DNA of 64,000 nucleotides from an uncultured delta proteobacterium. GTDB lineage: Bacteria; Desulfobacterota; Binatia; UBA9968. A program made the position numbers and the translations under genes. Shown one piece after another: positions 10,654 to 19,104 of the stretch. The notes beneath the pieces are model-generated. The model did no database searches, had not been told where the DNA came from, and saw only the letters and a list, made by a program, of their open reading frames with translations. Position 1 is the first letter of the stretch. Each line of letters starts with the position of its first letter. The stretch lies in assembly GCA_963737905.1 (NCBI GenBank), contig CAVTUQ010000004.1:142270-206269 (forward strand), given 5' to 3'.

Positions 10654-11229
10654 GTGGCCGGGAAGCGAAAAACAGCAGACGCCGGGCGGGATGCTTTTGC
10701 GCGTGAAGCCATGGTTCATCTCGATCATTTGTATCGTGTCGGATTTCACCTGGCTAAACATCAAGACGAGGCCCAGGAACTCGTCCAAGAGACCTTTGTC
10801 CGTGCCCTTGCCGCTTACGAGCAGTTCAATCCCGGAACCAACATGAAAGCGTGGCTGACAAAGATTCTGCACAATCTTTTCTTCGATCGCTACCACCAAG
10901 GGAAACGATGGATTTCAACAGACGATCCAGCTTATGAGGAATCCGATTATTGGAAAGGACTGCCGGCGGAGAACCCTGGACCGGAGAGCCATGCCTTGGC
11001 GAGGGAATTAAACGCCCAAATCACCGATGTTTTGAGAAAGATCCCCGGAGAGTTTCGCGCTCCAATCGTTTTAGTCGACATGGGCGATTTCACATACGAA
11101 GAAGCTGCGGAAATGCTGTCATGCCCGATAGGTACCATTCGCTCGCAGCTTTCTCGCGGTAGAAAACTGCTGCAGGAATACCTGAGGCCATACGTAAGCA
11201 GCGAACAAGAAAAGGCCAAGCTAAAATGA
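10654..11229 (+). CDS. ECF sigma-70 factor, SigR/SigH-like
   Basis: AQELVQETFVRA, FNPGTNMKAWL (region 2) and YEEAAEMLSCPIGTIRSQLSRGR (region 4). Confidence 0.92.
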   Translation: MAGKRKTADAGRDAFAREAMVHLDHLYRVGFHLAKHQDEAQELVQETFVRALAAYEQFNPGTNMKAWLTKILHNLFFDRYHQGKRWISTDDPAYEESDYWKGLPAENPGPESHALARELNAQITDVLRKIPGEFRAPIVLVDMGDFTYEEAAEMLSCPIGTIRSQLSRGRKLLQEYLRPYVSSEQEKAKLK

Positions 11230-12038
11230 CCTGCGGCGAAGCGCAAGAACTTATCACCGCGCTGATCGATCACGAGCTGCTTGACGCGGAGCGGTCCTCG
11301 CTGGAAACACATCTCAAGGAGTGCGCCCGCTGCCGGTTTGCTTTGGAAGAGGAGCGGGCTCTCAAGCAAGCGATCCGAGAGGCTGGCGATCGCATCCGCG
11401 CTCCCGCCGAACTCCGTAGTAAGATTCTCTCGGACCGGCGCGTCTTTCCTGAGACGAAACGATCCCCGCGCCGGTGGCAAGATTACATCTGGCCCATGCC
11501 GCATGTTCTCGGTCCGGCACTTGCCGTCGCCCTTCTCCTGGCCATCGCGCTCCCGGCGTTTGTCTTTCTTCAATCACGCAGCCAGCCTATGGCCGTTGCC
11601 GCCCTGGAGACATACGATCTTTTTCTCAGGGGCGAACTTCGCGTGCATAGGGCGGAAACCGCAGAGGAAATCGTCGCACAGTTGACCCGCACCGTGGGCG
11701 GGGACTTCCACCCCATGGGCTACAATCTCACGGCCATGGATCTACGCCCTGTGGCGGGCTTGGTCCGTGAGATTGACGGTCGCAAGGTCCTCGTCGTCAT
11801 CTACCAGGGCAAAGGCGGGACTCTCTTCTGCTACACTTTTCTCGGATCAGAAAAAGATGCACCACCCAACGCCGCCAGGTTTGTTGACGCCGCCAAGAAG
11901 ATGAACTTTTATGCCTTCTCCCACAGCGGCATTAACGCGGTGCTTCATCGTGAAGGCGAAGTTATTTGTATCCTGGCTTCTAAAATGTCAATGGAGGAAC
12001 TTTTGGCCCTGGCGCAGTCTAAGGCCAAACGAACCTAA
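11226..12038 (+). CDS. Zinc-binding anti-sigma factor (zf-HC2) with a TM helix and an extracytoplasmic domain
   Basis: MTC...HLKECARC (HxxxCxxC); hydrophobic ALAVALLLAIALPAFVFL; its start overlaps the end of the sigma gene. Confidence 0.85.
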   Translation: MTCGEAQELITALIDHELLDAERSSLETHLKECARCRFALEEERALKQAIREAGDRIRAPAELRSKILSDRRVFPETKRSPRRWQDYIWPMPHVLGPALAVALLLAIALPAFVFLQSRSQPMAVAALETYDLFLRGELRVHRAETAEEIVAQLTRTVGGDFHPMGYNLTAMDLRPVAGLVREIDGRKVLVVIYQGKGGTLFCYTFLGSEKDAPPNAARFVDAAKKMNFYAFSHSGINAVLHREGEVICILASKMSMEELLALAQSKAKRT

Positions 12039-12207
12039 CATGGGCTGGCAATGTCATTCCGAGCTCTGCGATCTGAGTCAAAGGTCAGTCGATCACCCAG
12101 CGCAAAGGGGGGCTTGTTTCCATGCGTCGCGTAATTTTTTCCTAGCGCTCATTGTTTTTTCCAGTCTCGGTGCCTTCCGATACAAGGCATTTCGCCACAA
12201 TTACAAC

Positions 12208-12223
12208 TGGCACTTACTTTGCT
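12208..12223 (+). promoter_or_regulatory. Sigma54 -24/-12 promoter
   Basis: TGGCAC-TTACT-TTGCT, a perfect consensus, upstream of the M48 peptidase. Confidence 0.7.
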
Positions 12224-12237
12224 GTCAGACATAGAGA

Positions 12238-12918
12238 ATGGTCGTTAAAAAATTCACAATAGCCATCCTGGGCACAGTGCTTTTTTCGGTTTTGAGTCTT
12301 TACATAGATCCGGCACTTGAGGGCACCGCCGGGCAAGCTGATACCCGTAACGACCGGCAGCATTTCAGGCAAAGGGCCGCGGAGCGTGATCTAGAGCGGC
12401 TTCAAAGGATCATGGGTCCTCTAGTACGAGCGACGAATCATCCGGACCGTCTAAATGAAATCCGAGTCAAAATCGCTGACGACTCCAATATTAATGCAGG
12501 CAGCGCCGGGGGAGGAGAGTTTGTTATAACAACCGGTCTATTGCAGAAAGCCAATGACGAGCAATTGCGCGGCATTCTGGCCCACGAGATTGCCCACGAC
12601 GATCTGGGACATCCCGTGAAGATGCAACTCGTAGGAACTGGTATAAGCCTCGGGGCAGCACTGCTGGAAAAGGTGTTTCCAGGAAGTGGGGCGGTAGCGC
12701 CGATCGCGGGCACCTTGATCGCGTCGAGTTACAGCCGTCCGCAGGAATTGGAAGCGGACCGCCATGGGGTGACGATTCTGCGACGCGCGGGATATTCGAA
12801 AGAGGTGATGGTTCGGACGCTCAGCTGGATCATGCAGATGCAAGGGAACAGCGGCGGCGGGTTCTTATCGACCCATCCTGCAACCGATGAGCGCATTCGT
12901 GCTCTCAGACAGCTCTAG
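12238..12918 (+). CDS. Exported M48 family zinc metallopeptidase
   Basis: Signal peptide; LAHEIAH, YSRPQELEAD and LSTHP motifs. Confidence 0.88.
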   Translation: MVVKKFTIAILGTVLFSVLSLYIDPALEGTAGQADTRNDRQHFRQRAAERDLERLQRIMGPLVRATNHPDRLNEIRVKIADDSNINAGSAGGGEFVITTGLLQKANDEQLRGILAHEIAHDDLGHPVKMQLVGTGISLGAALLEKVFPGSGAVAPIAGTLIASSYSRPQELEADRHGVTILRRAGYSKEVMVRTLSWIMQMQGNSGGGFLSTHPATDERIRALRQL

Positions 12919-12994
12919 CTTGGAGGCTCGCTCCTCGGTCACTCTTCCGTGAATAATGCGCAGGTTAGCGCTATCTCTTCGAGGACGTTGCAGG

Positions 12995-14008
12995 CTATCC
13001 GCCGAGAGAAATCATTTCGATTTTCTTGTGGCTCTTGGGATCGTAGCTTGCGTCGCGCAGTGCTTCCAACCGTTCGAGGGAATAGCGATCGGCGCGTTTG
13101 ATCCATATCGAGCTGAGCAATTCCAGAATCTCCTCGTCCGAGGAGCCGTTGCGGAGGAGAGTCTTAATGTCATGACCCACCGCTGAAAAGAGGCAAGTTA
13201 CGATTTTCCCGTCGGCGGTGATTCTCGCCCGCGTGCAACTCGAGCAAAACGGCTCCGTCACCGAAGCGATGACACCGATATCGCCACGTCCATCGACAAA
13301 CTCGTAGTCCATCGACGGCGCGCTTCCCTGGGCCCGGCCGATTTCTTTCAGTGGATATCGGGCATGAATCTTTGCGATAATTTCCTTTTTGGAAACCAGT
13401 TTCTCCGACGTCCAGTTGTTGGCGTTACCGACATCCATGTACTCGATAAAGCGCATGCCAAAGCCGTGCTCTCGGGAAAACTCCACCAGGGGAATGATAT
13501 CGTCGTCATTCACGCCCCGTTCGACTACCGCATTCAGTTTGATTGGATGAAGGCCATGACTCTTAGCGGCAAAGATGCCTTCCAGCACCTTGTTCAAGTC
13601 GCCCCTCTTGGTCATTCGCCTAAACTTGTCATGATCCAAAGAGTCCAGGCTTACATTAATCCGCTGCAATCCCGCTTGTTTGAGCGATCGAACCTTCTCG
13701 GCCAACAGTGCCCCGTTCGTTGTTAAGCAGAGCTCTTTGAGCCCTTCGATTGCCGACAGTTTTTCAACCAGCCGATCGAGATTCTGTCGAACCAGCGGCT
13801 CGCCGCCGGTTAGCCGGATTTTCTCGACACCGACTCGAATGAACAAAGTTGCCAGCCGAGTAATCTCCTCAAAAGTAAGAATCTCTTTCTTATTGATCCA
13901 CTCGTACTCGTCCAGCGGCATACAGTAGGTGCAGCGGAAGTTGCACCTGTCGGTTACGGAAATTCTAAGGTCACGAAGCGGTCGTTTGTAGACATCCATT
14001 ACCATCAC
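12995..14008 (-). CDS. moaA: GTP 3',8-cyclase (molybdenum cofactor biosynthesis)
   Basis: LRISVTDRCNFRCTYC, RLTGGEP, FCSSCTRAR and a C-terminal GG. Confidence 0.96.
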   Translation of the reverse strand: MMVMDVYKRPLRDLRISVTDRCNFRCTYCMPLDEYEWINKKEILTFEEITRLATLFIRVGVEKIRLTGGEPLVRQNLDRLVEKLSAIEGLKELCLTTNGALLAEKVRSLKQAGLQRINVSLDSLDHDKFRRMTKRGDLNKVLEGIFAAKSHGLHPIKLNAVVERGVNDDDIIPLVEFSREHGFGMRFIEYMDVGNANNWTSEKLVSKKEIIAKIHARYPLKEIGRAQGSAPSMDYEFVDGRGDIGVIASVTEPFCSSCTRARITADGKIVTCLFSAVGHDIKTLLRNGSSDEEILELLSSIWIKRADRYSLERLEALRDASYDPKSHKKIEMISLGG

Positions 14009-14113
14009 TTTTTACTATGCAATACCAGGCTCTTGGGTGCAAGACGCGGGCGTCCCCGCAACGGGCCTTTTAACTTTGCTGGCTATGGGGCGATCTGTTA
14101 TCCTATCGCGGCA

Positions 14114-15650
14114 ATGAGCCTGCGCCAGCAGCAAATCGCAGTCTTTTTCGGCACCGTCGTGGTTATTTTCGGTATTTTCGCCGGAGGCGTTTGGCTGATC
14201 GCCCGGCGATTGACTACAGAGGCAACCCTGCAAACCGCCGTCTTAATGGCGCGCCAGGTTGAGATCGCCTTGGCTGACAGCCTGCGCCAGCGCCCCGCGC
14301 CCCAAGGGCGGATTATCCAGTCACAGCCTTCTTCGTCTTTTTGGAGCTTCTTGGGTAACATTTTTCCCGGCGTCGGTTCGAGGCCTAGGACGCAATACAT
14401 CCCTGGACGCCCGGCCTCGCGGCAAGCTGAAGTCAAAGGATTAATGGAAGCCTTCGTTAGCCGCAGCGGCAGTATCGAAGCGATGTGGGTACTCAATGCC
14501 GACGGCAAGATTCTCTATAGTTCAAAGGGTCACGAAAAGGGTGAAGCCCTGACCGATCCGAATCTCAGAAGCAGTCTACGGCGTGGTGTTACCAGTATCA
14601 ATTCCCAGCACCAAGGGGAATCGACTTATTACGACGTCCTGGTGCCGCTGCAAATGCCCGCTGGCGTGGAGGGACCGGGCGGTCTCAGGTTGTGGATCAA
14701 TCCGGCGGACTGGACGGAGATGCTTTCAGGACTATGGCGACAACTTACCTTGTTATTCGCCCTCGGCGGCGGCGTGGCTTTGCTGAGCGCGTTCCTGACC
14801 ACGGCTCTCTACACGCGCCGCTTTCGCTTGATCAGCGAAACTTTGCGCCAGGCTGAAGCCGGCACCTATCAAACCCGGCCCCAGTATCGGAGCCAAGACG
14901 AAGTGGGAACGAGTTTGGATTTGATCGACCGCCTGGTCATGAAGCAGCGCAAGACCGTTGGCGCACCCGCGCCAATGCAGCGCCTGGCCTACGCGGCTCG
15001 AACCTTGGCGCACGAAGTACGCACGCCTTTGAACGCCTTGGCGATTCATCTCGAACTTCTCCGCAACTCTGCCCAGACGGGCAACGGCCCGGACATCCAG
15101 CAAGAAAAATCCATCAGCGCGCTGGACGCCAGCGTCCGGCAAGTCGATCGACTCGTGCGCGAGTTTAGCGACTATTCCGCGCCGGTCACCATGGAAAGGA
15201 AAGCAACCGATGTATCCGAAGTGCTCGCCGCAAGCCTCGAAGCGGCGGCGGCACAATGCGCAATGAAGAATATTGCTCTAAAAAAAGATCTGGTCCCGGG
15301 TCCGTGGACGATTCAAGGCGACGGCACGCGTCTGCGCCAATGCTTCGACAACCTTTTGCGCAACGCCATGGAAGCCCAACCTGACGGCGGCGCCATTCAT
15401 GTTACCGCTGCAAAAAAATCCAAAGAGTTGGTTCTACGGTTCGCAGACTCCGGACCCGGAGTAGCGCCGGAGCACCGCACTGAACTGTTTGAGTTTGGCA
15501 AAACGACGAAGATCGGCGGTAGCGGCATCGGACTGCCGCTGAGCCAGCTAATCGTCGAGTCCCATGGCGGCTCGCTTGGTATATGAAGATCAAAACGGCC
15601 ATAGCGCGGGAGCCACCTTTCGTTTGACTCTATCCTTGGAGGGGAATTAG
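14114..15650 (+). CDS. Membrane sensor histidine kinase; C-terminal indel near 15578
   Basis: Two TM segments, LAHEVRTPL (H-box), NLLRNAMEA, DSGPG and GSGIGL. After one extra T it continues LVYEDQNGHSAGATFRLTLSLEGN* to TAG at 15648-15650. Confidence 0.85.
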
Positions 15651-15652
15651 TC

Positions 15653-17009
15653 ATGGCCCGCCCCCGTGCAAAGGTTCTCGTCGTTGACGACGATTCCTGC
15701 CACCCGCGACGGGCTAACGGCGCTGTTGGAAAACTGGGGCTATGGCGCCACCTCGGCGGCCGATGGCAAAGCGGCTCTTAAGATCTGCGAAAAGGAGCTC
15801 CCCCACGCCATCGTGACCGACCTGATGATGCCCGGCATGAACGGCATCGAGTTTATCGAAGGCCTAAACGAACAGGTGCGGCAAGTCGCCATCGTCATGA
15901 TGACCGGCCAGGCGACCATCGAAACTGCGGTTCAGGCCATCAAGCTCGGTGCCTACGATTATCTCACCAAGCCGCTCGAGCCGGAGAAGTTGCGCGCCGT
16001 TCTCGAAAGGGGCCTTAAACAAGTCTCACTGGCTCGCGAATCGAGCGCTCTCCGCCAAAAGCTGGAGTCACCATTGGGTTCTTACGGGGCATTGATCGGG
16101 AAATCGACGCCGATGCGCGAGCTTTATAAGCAGTTGAGTCAGATTGCAGCGACGGATGCCGCCGTGTTGGTCAACGGTGAAAGTGGCACGGGCAAAGAAT
16201 TAGTCGCGAATACGCTGCATGATCTCTCACCGAGGCGTGAGGGAAGCTTTCTTGCGCTGAACTGCGCGGCGATCTCCCCGACGCTTATGGAAAGTGAGCT
16301 TTTCGGGCACGAGAAAGGCGCCTTTACCAACGCCATCGAGCGGCACTTGGGCTGCTTCGAGCAGGCTGACGGCGGAACGCTGTTTCTCGACGAGATCACG
16401 GAGATGGCAGCGGAAGTACAGGCGAAGTTCTTGCGCGTTCTGGAGGAAGGGCAGGTGCGCCGCATCGGTGGGAATACGAACGTACCGGTATCGGTGCGGG
16501 TCGTCGCTGCCACCAACCGCTCGCCGGCTGGCGCCGTCAAAGAAGGCAAGTTGCGCCAGGATCTTTTTTATCGCTTGAGCGTTTTTAGTGTGGAGCTGCC
16601 GCCCTTGCGGGAGCGTGGCGAAGACATAATGCTGCTGGCACGCTATTTCCTTGAATCCTTCGCCGAGAAATACCGGCGCCCCATGCTCCAATGGGCCACC
16701 GACTTCACGAGCGCTCTCCAATCTCACTTGTGGCCGGGCAATGTCCGCGAGCTACGCAATGCCATGGAGCGACTCGCGGTGCTGGCACCCGGTCCGAGCC
16801 TGACAGCGGCCGATGTGCAACAATTCTGTCTGGCCGCTGTAGTGGAAGAACCGTTCGATGCGGCACCGCTTTCACTGGCCGAGGCCGAGCGGCAAGCCAT
16901 TGAACGTGCCCTGGCTGCTAGTGGCGGCAACAAGACCCAGGCTGCAAGAATTCTCGGCATCACGCCTAAAACTCTGAACGCCAAATTGTCTCTTTATAAT
17001 AAAGAGTAA
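15653..17009 (+). CDS. Sigma54-dependent (NtrC-family) response regulator; indel near 15694
   Basis: ATG at 15653 gives MARPRAKVLVVDDD, then TDLMMPG, GESGTGKE, GAFTNA, WPGNVREL and a Fis-type HTH. Confidence 0.9.
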
Positions 17010-17092
17010 TTTCTCCCTGTCGCGCTACGTTTTTACTTAGCCGGGTTACTCTCGATATTACGTAACTGGCTAACTTCACGAGCTTTTCCTCA

Positions 17093-17108
17093 TGGCACAA
17101 GCGTTGCT
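17093..17108 (+). promoter_or_regulatory. Sigma54 -24/-12 promoter
   Basis: TGGCAC-AAGCG-TTGCT, a perfect consensus, directly downstream of the NtrC-family gene. Confidence 0.8.
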
Positions 17109-17147
17109 CAACCATCCAAGTGGGCTATGTTCCTAAAGGGAGGACAA

Positions 17148-17279
17148 ATGAAATCACCTAACTACGTTGCCGTCTTGGCCATTCTCAACGCGATGTTACA
17201 TCGCGTATCCGAGTCACTGCCTCAGATCGAACAAGCTACTCGAGAATTGGGGCACGCTAAAATTGCCGCGACCAAGTGA
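17148..17279 (+). CDS. 43-aa small protein (not in the ORF track)
   Basis: Strong SD (AGGGAGGA), downstream of a sigma54 promoter. Translates MKSPNYVAVLAILNAMLHRVSESLPQIEQATRELGHAKIAATK; the N-terminus resembles that of the next gene. Confidence 0.5.
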   Translation: MKSPNYVAVLAILNAMLHRVSESLPQIEQATRELGHAKIAATK

Positions 17280-17313
17280 AATTTGCGTGTAATCTTAACC
17301 CAGCGGAGATTTT

Positions 17314-17619
17314 ATGAAGCCGCACAAATATATCGCTGTCTTTTCTCTCCTAAACGCGTTGGCGTTTTGCTCGATACTTTCACCTGCAAATGCGGGACAG
17401 GGCGACAAAGGTTCGCAGTACGGCAGTCAAGCAAAGTCTCATATGAGCGAAAAGGGCGCCGCAAACTCAAACGCGCAGTGGTCGGCAGACCCGGAGCGAG
17501 GCTGGGTTCGCGCGGAAGAACGGCACCAAGGACACGATGAGTCTCGAACAAAGGGCAAATCCAAGCAAAATCACGGCAAGCAAAAAGCCAATGGGGCAAA
17601 AGAGAAGACGAACAACTAA
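17314..17619 (+). CDS. Small secreted low-complexity hypothetical protein
   Basis: Signal peptide ending ANA; K/G/Q-rich mature part; GGAG SD. Confidence 0.65.
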   Translation: MKPHKYIAVFSLLNALAFCSILSPANAGQGDKGSQYGSQAKSHMSEKGAANSNAQWSADPERGWVRAEERHQGHDESRTKGKSKQNHGKQKANGAKEKTNN

Positions 17620-17679
17620 CCAAATAAAGTAAAACTGCGAGATACATCGGATTGATGGGGAAGAAAGGAGAATTTGACA

Positions 17680-18036
17680 ATGAGCACTAATACGAAGGTA
17701 ATCGGTAAGGCTTCGGTGTTTTTCTTAGCGGGGGCGATGCTGATAGTGGGTTGCGCCGGCGGTTCGTTGACTACGCGTGAGAAAGGCGCCGGCATTGGCG
17801 CCCTCGGTGGCGCTGCGGCAGGTGGGCTGGTTGGCTCGGCTGTCGGTCATCCTGGCGTAGGCGCCGCCATCGGTGGTGGCCTTGGTCTTGGCGCCGGTGC
17901 TCTGATCGGCGATCAACTGCAAGGGCAGGAGATCACCAATTATCAGCAGCAACAGCAACTTAACCGGAATCAAGCCGAGATCAATCGCAGCCGCCAGGAG
18001 ATCGAACGGTTAAAGCGCCAACAGAGTGAATATTAA
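17680..18036 (+). CDS. Glycine-zipper lipoprotein
   Basis: Lipobox LIVGC; GAGIGALGGAAAGGLVG...GAAIGGGLGLGAGALIG; Gln-rich coiled-coil tail. Confidence 0.85.
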   Translation: MSTNTKVIGKASVFFLAGAMLIVGCAGGSLTTREKGAGIGALGGAAAGGLVGSAVGHPGVGAAIGGGLGLGAGALIGDQLQGQEITNYQQQQQLNRNQAEINRSRQEIERLKRQQSEY

Positions 18037-18075
18037 TCTTTTGCCTTCTGCCAACGAAAATTAAGTACGACCACC

Positions 18076-18103
18076 GAGGCGGAGTGTACGATCACTTCGC
18101 CTC
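18076..18103. terminator. Stem-loop downstream of the glycine-zipper gene
   Basis: GAGGCGGAGTG-TACGAT-CACTTCGCCTC; no clear U-tract. Confidence 0.35.
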
Positions 18104-18245
18104 AATACTGTAAGGAAGATACATACAAAATATCAGATGTAGGCTTTACAAACCCCTCCAGCTGGGTGTCTTAGAGCGCAACTTGCCTGCAACCAGAATT
18201 TAAATTTCCTGCCAATTAGCAGACTTGAGTGGTCGACTTGCAACT

Positions 18246-18261
18246 TGGTACAGACGTTGCT
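18246..18261 (+). promoter_or_regulatory. Sigma54 -24/-12 promoter
   Basis: TGGTAC-AGACG-TTGCT upstream of the MlaC-like gene. Confidence 0.65.
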
Positions 18262-18364
18262 GTTCGATGATCTGGTTGTGCCAATCAACCACCGTCACAG
18301 CCCTCAACTTTTTGGGTCTCCCTTGAGATTAAGATCGAGAGTGGGTCGAAGAAAGGAAATCGTC

Positions 18365-18976
18365 ATGGTTAATTTACATCGGTGGATACTGATAGTTGGG
18401 CTTGGGACTATCCTAGTCGTTGGAGCGGGAGGAACGACGTTGTGGGCTGCGGCCCCCGGCGAGCAGGTGAAGGCAACGATCGATCAAGTGATGGAAGTAC
18501 TTAGAGACTCAAAGTTTCAGGGCACCGGCAAAAAGGCCGACAGGAGAGAAAAGTTACGGCAGATTATTTTACCTAGATTCGACTTCGCCGAGATGGCCAA
18601 GCGCGCGCTGGGAAACAACTGGAATCGCTACCCGGATAAGCAACAAGAATTTGTCACCGTGTTTAAGCAACTCCTCGAAGAAACCTACGCCGATCAGATT
18701 GAACTGGCTAGCGGCGATAAGGTTGTATACCTGAACGAACGCACTGAGAAAGACTATGCGGAGGTGGACACCAAAGTGATTTCTTCCAAAGGTGAGGAAA
18801 CGCCAATGACTTACAAACTCCATCCCGTGGGTTCCGATTGGAAGGTCTTCGACATCGTGGTCGAGAACATAAGCATCGTGAACAACTATCGCGCCCAATT
18901 CAATCGCGTTCTGAGCAACGCCTCCCTGGATGAGCTAATCAAAAGGATGAAGGAAAAACGATTTGAGAAGAGCTAG
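18365..18976 (+). CDS. MlaC/Ttg2D-family phospholipid-binding periplasmic protein
   Basis: FDFAEMAKRALG and WKVFDIVVENISIVNNYRAQF motifs; signal peptide. Confidence 0.88.
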   Translation: MVNLHRWILIVGLGTILVVGAGGTTLWAAAPGEQVKATIDQVMEVLRDSKFQGTGKKADRREKLRQIILPRFDFAEMAKRALGNNWNRYPDKQQEFVTVFKQLLEETYADQIELASGDKVVYLNERTEKDYAEVDTKVISSKGEETPMTYKLHPVGSDWKVFDIVVENISIVNNYRAQFNRVLSNASLDELIKRMKEKRFEKS

Positions 18977-19104
18977 GGACGATCGGCTCGACGCGACTAA
19001 ACAGAAACGCTTGTAAAACAAAACTCGTAGTGAAAAGCTATAGGAAGTCCACTGGGGGTTCTGGATCCTCGCAGCTAAACACGTCTGATCGCCTGGTTTG
19101 AACG

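Noticed and set aside
15584-15586. TGA at the end of the kinase ORF as a Sec codon
   Set aside because: The protein continues in another frame after an extra T, and the position is not a conserved Cys.
9600-15700. Programmed ribosomal frameshifts in arsM, the kinase and the response regulator
   Set aside because: These are single extra bases without slippery heptamers, and similar indels hit many unrelated genes, so sequencing error is more parsimonious.
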